Of a stretch of 64,000 bases of DNA, positions 9,267-18,450 are shown piece by piece (position 1 is the stretch's first letter; the number at the start of each line of letters is the position of its first letter). The notes beneath the pieces were generated by a model that worked only from the letters and a program-made list of their open reading frames with translations, was not told the DNA's origin and ran no database searches. Position numbers and translations under genes: made by a program. The stretch spans positions 929,043 through 993,042 of the forward strand of contig CAVWEY010000002.1 of the NCBI GenBank assembly GCA_963754135.1, given 5' to 3'. This stretch comes from an uncultured Planctomycetaceae bacterium (lineage in GTDB: Bacteria > Planctomycetota > Planctomycetia > Pirellulales > Thermoguttaceae).

Positions 9267-11168
9267 CTACCGGATCAACTTCTTCAACTCCGCCTCGAGG
9301 TCGACGGTAGAGACGGCGCGGTTGACGACCTTGCCCTGCTGGTCCACCAGGATCATCGTCGGCACGGTGAGGATTCCCATCGCGTTGGCCGGCCGGCTAT
9401 CCAGCCCGCCCTCCTCGAAAATCTGCGGCCAGGGCAACGGGTTCTCGGCCAGATAGGCGTTCAGGTCCTTCACGTCGTGGTCCAGGCTGACGCCGATGAT
9501 CGCCAGCGAGCGGCCGTACTTGTTCCACATTTCTTTCAACGTGGCCATGTCGGCCTTGGCCGGCCCGCACCACGTGGCCCAATACTGGATCAGGACCACT
9601 TTGCCGCGGTAGTTGGCCAGGTCGATCGGGCTGCCCTGCGGGCTTTGGCCGCGGAGCGTGATGGTCTTGCCCACCGAGTCGAGGCGGACCTGCGCCCGGC
9701 CGCCTTCCGGCCCGCCGGCGAGTTGGGGAACTCCTCGACGATCCGCACGTACTGCCGCCTTGCCTCGTCCTCTTGGCCGGTGAACTCCTGGCTGATGGCC
9801 AACTGGAGCATGGCCTCGGCGGCGTCGGGCGACGTCGGATACTGGGCGATGTAGTTCTCCAGAGTCTTGAGCCACTCGGCCTGCACCTTGGCGAAATCGG
9901 CCTTGGGGGCCTGCAAGGCGCGGAAATAGGCCGCGGTGAGCTGGCGGAACTTGACGTAGGCCGCCAGATTCTTGTCCGCGTTGTTTCTTTCCAGCTTGCC
10001 GAAGAGCGTGTTGAGCCGCTCGGCGCCGTCCGTGTAGGCACCCGACTGGACGGCCGCGCTGAGCATGTCGGCAAGCTGACGGAACCACATGCTGCGTTCG
10101 TCGGCGGTCTTGGCGGCCTCGGCGATCTGTTCGAGCAGGTCAGCCCGGCGGCCCGTGTACCGGGCCTGCTCCGTCGGCGTGGTTGCCCGAGAGGCTTCAC
10201 GATCGAGGCTCTCCAAGTCGGCCAGTAGTTTCTGTGAAGTCTCGCCCGGCCCCGACCCGCCCGTTTCGTTGTGTACGGTCATCGAGGCTTGGAAGAAGAA
10301 ACCGCCGGGAGTGGCTTCGGCCTGCCCCTCGGCCATCGGTTGCGGCGCGTCGATCAGCCGCCAGACGTCGCCGACTTGCACCAGGGTGCCGATCTGCACT
10401 TGCCCGTGCTTCCCGCCGCTTTCCACGATCGCCGTCACGTTCTCGTACACCCGCACGTCCTTAGTCGATTGGTCGGTTCCGGCCGGCACGATCCCCGGGC
10501 GGCTGGCGCTGAACTGGACCCAGGTTGCATCCGGGGCGAGGGCCTTCTGCCCGGCCAATACGGCCTTGAAACCGGCCATCGCCTTGCTCAACTTCTCGGC
10601 CACGGCCTGCGCTCTGGCCTTGCCCAGCCCCAGCGACCGCAATTCGGCAGGCGTCAACAGCAGGCGGGCGAAACGGTCGGCATCGCGCGTGGCGAGCGCC
10701 GCCACCGCTTCCGCGGTGACTTCCTCGGCCGAAATCTGCTTCCACGAACTGGATCACCCCGTCCTCGTTAGGGTCCAATCCCCAGCGGCTGCCGCCCGTG
10801 TGGAACCAGCGGTACTGGTCCGGTTTGCCGTTGTAATTGAAGTCGATGTCGCGGTAGACCTCCAAGCCGTCCTTGTAGTAGCTCCACTGGTCCACCACGC
10901 CATCGTCGTTGGTGTCGACGAACTTCCGCAGGATCACGCCGTCGGGACTCTCGACGATCCACCCCACGTGGCCGTCGATTTTCCTGGCGATGATCTTACA
11001 CCGGGCGGCCACTTCCGGGCTGGGCCGGTCATAATCTACGCCAGGCTGGACCGGCACGAGTCTCAGGGCTTGCTCCGCCGTGGGGCTAGCCGCCCAGGAC
11101 CATCCCGGCAACAGGAGCAGACTCAACGCGCAGAACAACACCATTTTAGGGGGGTAAAACCGCATCAT
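9267..11168 (-). CDS. TlpA/redoxin-like thiol-disulfide oxidoreductase with N-terminal MORN/YwqK-like repeat domain; split over three frames (two apparent frameshifts near 9.7 kb and 10.7 kb)
   Basis: Segment 1 (ORF 10461..11354 from MMRFYPP...): signal peptide plus DQWSYYKDGLEVYRDIDFNYNGKPDQYRWF. Segment 2 (ORF 9590..10705). Segment 3 (ORF 9267..10088): KVVLIQYWATWCGPAKADMATLKEMWNKYG thioredoxin fold with a single Cys (CGPA). Confidence 0.5.
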
Positions 11169-11346
11169 CTCAGTCCTTCCTTCCCTGTAGAGGTTTGCCG
11201 ACGGCGCCGGCGCGAGCCGGCAGACACGTTCTAGTGTTTCGACGCAGTTGGGGACGGAACATAAGCAGATTGCGGGATTTTTTCCGGTTGTAGCGACATT
11301 GTCGGGGGTTTGACACCACCGCGCCCTGCTGTAGAATTGCCGGATC

Positions 11347-11420
11347 GGGCGCATAGCTCAGTTGGTTAGAGCGCGTCCCTGATAAGGACGAGGTTTGCAG
11401 TTCGAGTCTGCGTGCGCCCA
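11347..11420 (+). tRNA. tRNA-Ile (anticodon GAT)
   Basis: Cloverleaf read by hand: acceptor GGGCGCA/TGCGCCC, D-arm GCTCAGTTGGTTAGAGC, anticodon stem CGTCC/GGACG with loop CTGATAA, T-arm TGCAG-TTCGAGT-CTGCG, discriminator A, no encoded CCA. Confidence 0.85.
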
Positions 11421-11425
11421 CTCGC

Positions 11426-11465
11426 AAAGCCTTACGTGGCAAGCAGTTACGTAAGGCTTTTCTTG
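11426..11465 (+). terminator. perfect hairpin AAAGCCTTACGT-(ggcaagcagt)-ACGTAAGGCTTT followed by TCTTG; probable tRNA terminator
   Basis: 12-bp perfect inverted repeat immediately 3' of the tRNA, then a T-rich run. Confidence 0.6.
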
Positions 11466-11489
11466 TAGATAGAAAGTGGTGTGGGCGGC

Positions 11490-11509
11490 GGTGCTATGCC
11501 GGTGCTAGG
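11490..11509. promoter_or_regulatory. arm-type direct repeats GGTGCTATGCC GGTGCTAGG (putative integrase arm sites, tRNA-proximal end)
   Basis: Same 9-mer pair (in swapped order) at 17626-17647 just upstream of int, plus a third copy at 17681-17691. Confidence 0.4.
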
Positions 11510-12063
11510 TGGCGACGGAAAACGGCGTCGATTTCCAGCCCAGCAGGGGGTGGGATAGCAAGTGAGAAAGCACCCCTGTCAGTGCGGGCATTTAGGACGT
11601 GGCGGGATTCGTCCCTACCGCCGTGGTTTTCCGCCGTTGCTTTTCAGTGCCCCTGTATTCCGGGGTGTACCCTTACCCTTCTCGGCGCGGTTGCCAGTGC
11701 TGTTGGCTCTCATCCTTTGGCGGGATACCGTCCAGGTGCGGATTCAACAGCCGAATCGTGGTTTCGGCTTTAGCCCATGTCTGCTGAATTGCAAGGCATC
11801 GCCTGCAAATCTGTTGGGGCGAGGGATCGAACCCGGGTCCACACCCACCAGCCAATGGCCCATCGTTCGCTTCAACAAAGGCTTGAGCGTTCAGGTACGG
11901 AGTGTCTTTCGTCGGTCGGCCAAGCTTCATGCCGGCATCGTACATACCCTACAAAAAGGGGGCAAGGCGTGTGAGCCTCGCGCGCCTGTGCCCGCCCGCC
12001 GAGACAGCCCCGGCCGTCTTTCTGCTGTGAAAAGCGGCTACGGGTATACTCCATTCCCTTCCT

Positions 12064-12555
12064 TCACTCAGCAACCGCCACTTGCGGGGCAGACAACCAT
12101 TGATCGTCTTGACGGTATCGCGGGCCAGGCCAGGAGCACGGTTCCAACGCCAAGCAAAATCCGGTCACTACGCCCACCAACTCCTGCATCACATCGGTGT
12201 CCAACGTGGCACCGTGCTGGTCGAGACACTTCTGAACCTCATGCTCCACCGCGCTCTGGAGCCATTTGTCCAAGTCCCCGCGTGTTATCGCCCGGTTGGC
12301 CACTTCGCTGGTCGACTCCGATGGCTGCACGTTGACCGATTCGGACTCCGCCGGTCCTTTACCCAGTTCGGCCGGCTCGGGCGGGTACTTCTCAGCCAAC
12401 TCCTCCCAAGCCTTAGTCGCGGCGTCGAGTTTCTTCATGCCCGCGGCGCGAAACTCCTTGATCCGGCCATCCTTCCAAGCGGCAGCTTCGGACCACAAGC
12501 CCGTTGCTCGAAGCCTGTCATGCAGTTCGATCTTTGATTCGCCCATCGTGAACAC
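12064..12555 (-). CDS. hypothetical protein (element cargo, tRNA-proximal)
   Basis: 163-aa ORF with no recognisable family. Preceded by an unusually AT-rich promoter-like stretch (12556-12640, repeated CTTAAC motifs). Confidence 0.4.
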   Translation of the reverse strand: MFTMGESKIELHDRLRATGLWSEAAAWKDGRIKEFRAAGMKKLDAATKAWEELAEKYPPEPAELGKGPAESESVNVQPSESTSEVANRAITRGDLDKWLQSAVEHEVQKCLDQHGATLDTDVMQELVGVVTGFCLALEPCSWPGPRYRQDDQWLSAPQVAVAE

Positions 12556-12995
12556 TCCTTGCTTAACAACTTGCCTAAATTAACGCAAAAAGCCATTCGG
12601 CTACCATTCCACCTATCTTAACTACAAAATCCACCATTGTGAGGAGTGGTATAGATACGCCGTATCGTCGCCATTTGACCCCAGGGGGTTGGTTCAATTT
12701 CCGGCCGAAAGGGGGGCCCCAGAGGGTCTGCCTAAAGATTGGGCAGTCATTGGCCCACCGCCTTGTGCTCCGCTTGCTGCCCGGTCAGCATGGCGGCCAG
12801 TCGCTCCCGCTCAGCTTGGGACAGACCGGCCAATGTCGCGGCGAGCTTGGCCAGCGGGTCGCCCTGGTCGATGGCGTCAGCGTTTGCGTTTTCGGCTTCG
12901 CTGGTACAAGCGGCCGAAGGCGTCGGCGTAAGTGCTGGCACGTTGCGCAGAAACGTTTTAGCTGGTCGATCATTGGTAGGGTTCCTTTCCTTCTT

Positions 12996-13144
12996 GGGAG
13001 CACACCGCCAAGAGAAAGAACTTGGCGGTGTGCTCTGTGATACCTCAAAAAAGTGGCAAATTCTCCGTGTTTTGGGGCACACCGCCCAGATCGCCAAGTT
13101 CTTTGTCTTTAGGGTCTTGGCGGTGTGCTTGGCGGTGTGCTCCG
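12996..13144. repeat. iteron cluster: 5 copies of GCACACCGCCAAG / CTTGGCGGTGTGC (2 in one orientation, 3 in the other), including a 15-bp perfect inverted pair
   Basis: Copies at 12996-13012, 13021-13035, 13074-13089, 13117-13129 and 13130-13144. Overlaps the stop of the primase-helicase gene (13045). Confidence 0.65.
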
Positions 13145-15063
13145 GCAGCGTCGAGTACCGAGAAAGAAGACCGCCACAACCAGGGGCCGGGATTCTCTGG
13201 ACGGTACGCTTCGACGCCGAGAGCCTGCCTTGCACGTTCCAGCGTCCGCTTTGCGCCGCCTTCCCCGTTTACCCATTCGTCCGTCAACTCTTTTGCCGGT
13301 CGCGGGCCGTCGGCGAGGGCGGTATCCAACCAAGCTACCGCCGCGTCCAGAGCGTCGGAGTCAGGGCCGGGCTTGTGGGCGGTTTGTTCGGCGGCAAGCC
13401 CCTGGTCGGCCGACATGGCGATAGGATCGTCTTCCCACCAGAGGCGTGGCGGTTCGCCGCCAATCGAAAACGCCAACCCGTCACCCTCGTCGGCCAGGTT
13501 GTTCTTGCCAGGAAGCAACAGGCGACGGGTTTTGTTTTCAGGATCGCGTGACAGGTGCCACACCGCTCTGGCAATGCCCGTGAAGGCCCGGCTGCCAAGT
13601 GCGGAGTCATCGGCACTTTCACCAACGCTCTTGCGACGGTGGGCCAGCACCAGCACCGCCGGGCCATACTTTTCAGCCAACAGTGCAATTGGGGCTAACA
13701 CGCTTCGGACTTCGTTGTCCCGGTGGGCGTCAGTTTTGCCGCCAAGAAAACTGCCGATAGGGTCCACCACGATCAACTTACAATCCGGCAGTTTCACCAG
13801 CGCCGCTTCGATGGCCTCCACGTCGGCCAGCGTTATCATCCGCTCATGTTGGCCTTCACTATCAACACGTCGCACCGCCGACAGCAGATGGACTCGCCGC
13901 ACGTTGGCATGGTGTGCATCGAGCCGTGGACGGATCGTGTCGCCAGGATCATCTTCGGCAGAAATCGAAATAACCGAACCCATCGGGCACAATGCGCCAT
14001 CGGGCCACGGTGTGCCGGTCGTCACACGCGCCGCCATATCGGTAGTGAGAAAACTCTTGCCTTCCCCCGGCCGGCCGACAAGCAGCGTGATTCGACCCAG
14101 TGGGATTCGCCCCTGCCACAACCAGGAGATCGAACGAGGTTCCACGTCGGCCAAGCAAATCAAGATCGGTCCCGATGTAGGCGTTTCTTCCGGCTCCGAC
14201 TCCGGCGTGGCTTCGGCCAGCTCAACCAGCTTCTCTCGTGTGCCACCAGCCGCCAGCCAATCGCTTACGTCACCCTTGACCGGCAGGCCGGGAAGCTCGA
14301 CGATCCGTACCGATGCCGCAATGCCTTGCAGTGTTATCGCAACTTGCTGGGCATGTTTTCGGCCGGCTTCGTCGTTGTCAGGCAGAATGAACACCCGCCG
14401 ACCGCGAAGGTGCTGGGCATGGTCGGCAGTCCATTTTCCGGCCCCGCCCACGTTGCATGTTGCCAACAAGTTGATGCCGGCCAGATTGTCAACATCCTTT
14501 TCGCCCTCGGGCAGGAAGATAAACCGTTTCGGATTGGCCAACAGTTCCGGCAGGCGATACGGGACTTGCCGCACGCCTTTGGTTGACCACGCCCAACCGC
14601 CTTCCGGCTTTGGGCGCCGCTGGCGGAAGTCCTTCGGCTCGAATCGGACCACCTCGTACAGTAGATTGTCTTGCTCATCGACATAACGGTAGGTGGCGAC
14701 GATCTTGGGCTTGCCGTTGCCTGTGCCAGCCCCGATGGTGGAGGTCCAGCCAAGCACGTGACCTTCGGTCGGCTTCGCGTCAAGATGCTTGGCCAGTTCC
14801 GCCACCGCTTGGGTGAAGTCCCAACCGCACGACCACATTAGCCCGGCTATCCCGTCGCCGTTTTTCTCCGCAAAACACTGGTTGCAAAACAGCGCGCCCG
14901 CTTCGCCGTCGATCAACCGGAACCGATTCACACCACCGCATCGCGGGCATGGATGGTGCTTGCCGTCCAGGACTTCGGCGGGGATTCCGCCGAGTGAGGC
15001 TAGTATTTCCGGCCAACGCCCGGCGGCTTGTCGCTTGATAGATTCCACGTCGTGATTAGACAT
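13045..15063 (-). CDS. primase-helicase replication protein (zinc-binding N-terminus + TOPRIM + AAA_25/RecA-like ATPase), phage P4 alpha-like
   Basis: 672 aa. CPRCGG...CNQC zinc motif. TOPRIM acidic motifs (FLPEGEKDVDN ... ILPDNDEAGRKHA). P-loop LLVGRPGEGKSFL and DxD Walker B (LIVVDPIGSF). Confidence 0.75.
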   Translation of the reverse strand: MSNHDVESIKRQAAGRWPEILASLGGIPAEVLDGKHHPCPRCGGVNRFRLIDGEAGALFCNQCFAEKNGDGIAGLMWSCGWDFTQAVAELAKHLDAKPTEGHVLGWTSTIGAGTGNGKPKIVATYRYVDEQDNLLYEVVRFEPKDFRQRRPKPEGGWAWSTKGVRQVPYRLPELLANPKRFIFLPEGEKDVDNLAGINLLATCNVGGAGKWTADHAQHLRGRRVFILPDNDEAGRKHAQQVAITLQGIAASVRIVELPGLPVKGDVSDWLAAGGTREKLVELAEATPESEPEETPTSGPILICLADVEPRSISWLWQGRIPLGRITLLVGRPGEGKSFLTTDMAARVTTGTPWPDGALCPMGSVISISAEDDPGDTIRPRLDAHHANVRRVHLLSAVRRVDSEGQHERMITLADVEAIEAALVKLPDCKLIVVDPIGSFLGGKTDAHRDNEVRSVLAPIALLAEKYGPAVLVLAHRRKSVGESADDSALGSRAFTGIARAVWHLSRDPENKTRRLLLPGKNNLADEGDGLAFSIGGEPPRLWWEDDPIAMSADQGLAAEQTAHKPGPDSDALDAAVAWLDTALADGPRPAKELTDEWVNGEGGAKRTLERARQALGVEAYRPENPGPWLWRSSFSVLDAAGAHRQAHRQDPKDKELGDLGGVPQNTENLPLF

Positions 15064-15367
15064 TGTAGCCCTCGCAATCCGGCAGTAGCCGTTGCCAGGT
15101 CGTCAAAGTTGCACCCTTCCGCGAATCCAACCGCAGCGCGAATCGGTGGCCGCACTCGCCAAAGAACTTCAACTCCACTTCGATTCCCGAGTCATCGGGG
15201 CGGGACCGCACAGATTCCACGTGGATACACTCGTCGCCGCAGATGGCGCACGTCACACAATCGAAGCGGCGAACAACGTCCAGCACCGCGTGGCTCAGCG
15301 GCTCGATCGGGCAGGGTTGGGCGCGCCTTGCTCGTTGCCACGGGCGCGGAAGGGCGGTACAATTCAT
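15056..15367 (-). CDS. hypothetical small Cys-rich protein (possible zinc finger)
   Basis: 103 aa; CVTCAICGDEC...CGH motifs. Start overlaps the primase-helicase start region. Confidence 0.35.
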   Translation of the reverse strand: MNCTALPRPWQRARRAQPCPIEPLSHAVLDVVRRFDCVTCAICGDECIHVESVRSRPDDSGIEVELKFFGECGHRFALRLDSRKGATLTTWQRLLPDCEGYNV

Positions 15368-15426
15368 GCGTGCATTCTCCTAGCCCCGCCGTGGTTGCTA
15401 TCTACGACGGGGCTTTTTTCGTGGGG

Positions 15427-15636
15427 TCACTCGGCCGCGCCGCCGACGGTGCGGGATTCAAGGAAGCGCTCGAGGTCCGCGACGCGATAGCGGCAGAGCG
15501 AACCGACCTTGACCATCGGCAGGTGATAGCGCCGGGTCGTCGCCCAGACGGCGAGCGTTTGCTCCTTCACGCCGAGAAACGCCGCGGCCTCACGTCGCGT
15601 GAGAAGGGAAGAAGGGGAGGAAACTGTAGTGCTCAT
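15427..15636 (-). CDS. AlpA/excisionase-family helix-turn-helix DNA-binding protein
   Basis: 69 aa; LLTRREAAAFLGVKEQTLAVWATTRRYHLPMVKVGSLCRYRVADLERFL is the classic AlpA/Xis-type HTH pattern. Sits between the integrase and the primase-helicase gene, as in P4/PICIs. Confidence 0.6.
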   Translation of the reverse strand: MSTTVSSPSSLLTRREAAAFLGVKEQTLAVWATTRRYHLPMVKVGSLCRYRVADLERFLESRTVGGAAE

Positions 15637-15740
15637 AGAACCCTCAAGATCGAATTACAGGTTGGCAAGTTCAACTCTGTAATGGATCGTATTGAGGGGC
15701 GAGCATTCCGTCAATTTCCACTCTGTACAGGATGGACTAA

Positions 15741-16364
15741 CTATTTTCGCCTTTTCTTCTTGGCCTTCATGCCGAGCGTGATTCGGCGGATTTGGCTAAA
15801 CGAGTGGGGTTTCAACTCGTTGGCGAGACGGTCTGCGGCGACGCGGTGTTGGGCACAGTTCAAGCTCAGACCAGCATCAAGTTTCCTTTGGACGGCCGCG
15901 CGGATTGCGACGGTCTCTCCCGTCCTCTTCTCGGCCCTCGTCGCTCGGGCCGTCAGCAGCGATTTCAGTTGTTTGACTTGCCGTTTTATGGTGCGCGTGT
16001 CGTCGCGCCTTTTCACAACGTAGCCTCTTAAAAAGCCAATTTGCGCCGTTGCGCGGAGAACGTTAATCCACAGGTTGTTGACTTTGCTGACTGCGGCCTG
16101 AATTCTGGATTCCTGGAATGGGTGTTCGCTACTCTCCAACAGCAACTCCATGGCGGTACTCGCGATGGCGCCACTTTGCCCCTCCGCGAGGACAAGTATG
16201 GCGTCCTCCATTGCCGACCGGATGTCCTCCTCAACGTCACCCTCGATGATCCGATCTCCGAATGGGGCCTTGAAGTGAGCATGGACCTCATCCATGATCC
16301 TGTCGAGCAAAACCTTGTCAGCCCCGTACCCCATCAAAAGGTGCCTATAATTGGCGTTTTTCAC
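15741..16364 (-). CDS. hypothetical protein
   Basis: 207 aa, helical, KKKRRK basic tail. No family recognised. Confidence 0.4.
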   Translation of the reverse strand: MKNANYRHLLMGYGADKVLLDRIMDEVHAHFKAPFGDRIIEGDVEEDIRSAMEDAILVLAEGQSGAIASTAMELLLESSEHPFQESRIQAAVSKVNNLWINVLRATAQIGFLRGYVVKRRDDTRTIKRQVKQLKSLLTARATRAEKRTGETVAIRAAVQRKLDAGLSLNCAQHRVAADRLANELKPHSFSQIRRITLGMKAKKKRRK

Positions 16365-17569
16365 GGTCGATCCTCCTGCTTTTCCAACAGCTTCACGCCG
16401 CCCACGTCAATTGTGAGATTGCCAGCCGTCAACATCGCGGTGGTAGCCGACTCGACCGAATCTCGCACGGGGTCCATTTGCAATCGGGCATAGATGGCGG
16501 TGGTGCTAACCTGGGTGTGCCCCAACGATTTCCCAATGATCGGCAGACTCGCGCCGCCCATCGCTTGCCACGATCCTAATGAGCGTCGAAGGTCATGGGG
16601 GCGAACATCGGACAAACCGGCGCGGGTGATAATCCGCTTCCATGCGCTCTTGGGTTTCGACGATATGGCCCGTCTTGCCACGGCTCGGGAATACCCACGG
16701 GCTGCCGTTGGTGCTCTGCCGACGGTTCTCTAGGATCGCCACGGCTGCCGGAACGAGCGGCACAACCACGGGCACGCCGCTCTTTGTTTCGGGTATTCGC
16801 CAATAGCGGGCTGTCAGGTCCAAATCGACCCATGCCATGCTTTGCACGTTGGCACGTCGTGCGCCGGTCAGCAGAGCCAACAAGACGAAGTCGCGTAGCA
16901 TCTCGTTGGGTTCCTCCAGTAGGGACCGGAAAAACGCCGGCAGTTCGTCGCCCTGTAGGAACCGGTCGCGTTTCTCCTCAGAAAACTTCTTGACGCCGGC
17001 GGTGGGGTTGGTCCCGACATAGCCCATATCTGGGGCTTTGTTGAACATTGCTCTGACGAGGGCCAGCAGGCGATTGGCCGCGTAGGGGCCATTGTCGCGT
17101 GCCACTCGGGAGAAGAGCGATTGCACGTCAGGCTTCTTGATCGAGGATAGCTTCCGGCTCGCCCACGGTTTGAGATACCGATTGAATCGCCGCTCATCTT
17201 CCGGCCAGCCCTTGTTGCGTAGCTTCGCGTGCGAGTCGAGCCAAAAGTCAAACAGCCCTTTGATCGTCTGCTCATGGCGTGCGGCTTGCCGTGCGGCTTG
17301 GGGATCGTTGCCCTTGCCGACTTCGCCCACGATCACTTGGGCCTGCTTGGCGCCTGCTCGATGCTCATGGTTGGGAACCGCCCCAGCGGAATACGGACCG
17401 GCCGCCCGTTGGCCCACTTGTACAGGTAGAACGTCTTGGTTCCGGCGGGCGTGACACAGATTGTCAGCCCCTCCGTCTTGGCGTCGCGGTGGTAGACTCG
17501 GCTGCCCACGGGCACGGGCAGGGCCTCCAGCCGCGTCTTGGTGAACGGGAACCGATTGGTCTGGGTCAT
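16361..17569 (-). CDS. tyrosine recombinase/integrase (P4-type, DUF4102 arm-binding N-terminus), split over three frames
   Basis: N-terminus in ORF 17333..17623 from MTQTNRFPFTKTRLEALP...TFYLYKWANGRPVRIPLGRF. Core in ORF 16593..17417 (LLALLTGARRANVQSMAWVDLDL...). Catalytic C-terminus in ORF 16361..16681 (HDLRRSLGSWQAMGGASLPIIGKSLGHTQVSTTAIYARL with HxxR...Y). Confidence 0.75.
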
Positions 17570-17625
17570 GGCAGGATCGCTCCTATCGCGTTTGTGGTGG
17601 CCGTGGCGGGCCGTCAAAACCATCC

Positions 17626-17691
17626 GGTGCTAGGCCGGTGCTATGCGCCGTAGGAAAACCGGGGCAATTACATCAAACCCGGTGCTATGGC
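17626..17691. promoter_or_regulatory. arm-type repeats GGTGCTAGGCC GGTGCTATGCG ... GGTGCTATGGC upstream of int
   Basis: Same 9-mer family as at 11490-11509. Confidence 0.4.
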
Positions 17692-17770
17692 ATCATATCG
17701 GCTTTTGTCGGGAAAGTCAACAAGAATACAATCAGATAGGGATAGGGTCAAACCTCGTCAAGCCCGTGGG

Positions 17771-17819
17771 ACTGAGACTGATAAGGACGAGGTCTGGGGT
17801 TCGAATCCCCGTGCGCCCA
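17771..17819 (+). repeat. tRNA-Ile 3'-half fragment (att core duplicate): anticodon-loop/variable region identical to the intact tRNA, followed by an alternative T-arm and the acceptor 3' half
   Basis: CTGATAAGGACGAGGT (16/16 identical to the tRNA) then CTGGGGTTCGAATCCCCGTGCGCCCA. No 5' half upstream. Confidence 0.65.
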
Positions 17820-17967
17820 CCCGAACGGGTGTAGACACTTGTACCCCTTGGTATCCTTCGGGAAATCGAGGGGTACTTGTGTTTTCTTGCAGCCCGTTAC
17901 TCCCCGATCCTGACGTGTACTGTGCCGGATTCTGTGCCGCGCTTTCCGTCGCTGCTGCCACCATTCC

Positions 17968-18132
17968 CGACGCCCGCCGAAAGTCGGCGTCCGTAACCTG
18001 AACGTAGTGCTTGGCCGCTATCGCTACGGTGTTCCCAATCCACCGGCAGACGGTGGTGATAGGGTACTCTCGGGCCAGGTCGCTCTCGCAACTCGCCCGC
18101 AAAGCGTGGAACAGCCGGGGCCACGGTTCCAA
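17968..18132 (-). pseudogene. C-terminal fragment of a second tyrosine integrase
   Basis: ORF 17758..18132 begins ...AREYPITTVCRWIGNTVAIAAKHYVQVTDADFRRA, the typical integrase C-terminal tail. No upstream catalytic domain. Reads through into the tRNA fragment. Confidence 0.55.
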
Positions 18133-18450
18133 GCCCCGCGCCGGACGATCTTCTCAAACGTGGTCCGCAGATTGCAGTTCACCCAGCCCCGCGGGCCGTT
18201 TGCCGCCGGCAGGTACAGGTTGTTTGTCCAGACAACCTTGCGGCAATCCGCAGGGCGGTCTTGCGCGGCCTCGGCCTACTTTCCACTTGATTCTTCCGCG
18301 GCGCCGGGCGATAATTCATACGTTCCCCTTCGGGGGCTTGCAAGACTGTGCCTTCGGGCACAGCAGGCAACGGCCGATGCGATTGCAAGCTGGCCGTTGC
18401 CTTGATCGGAAGGCCCTGGAAAGTCCAGGGCCTTGTGCTTTTCTTGGGCT

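Larger units (their letters stand above)
11421..17819. mobile_element. integrated P4-like / PICI-like element at the 3' end of tRNA-Ile (int - hyp - AlpA-HTH - Cys-rich hyp - primase-helicase - cargo hyp)
   Basis: All genes on the minus strand. Tyrosine integrase at the distal end. The 16-nt tRNA core CTGATAAGGACGAGGT is repeated at 17778-17793 and followed by an alternative T-arm and acceptor 3' half. GGTGCTA(T/G)G arm-type repeats sit at both ends. Iterons sit at the primase 3' end. Confidence 0.65.

Noticed and set aside
11800-11860. Possible extra tRNA or tRNA-like gene (GAGGGATCGAACCCGGG T-arm-like motif) inside the element's non-coding end
   Set aside because: Stems do not pair on either strand and no acceptor/anticodon arms can be built. 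Kept only as a remark within the non-coding-region finding.
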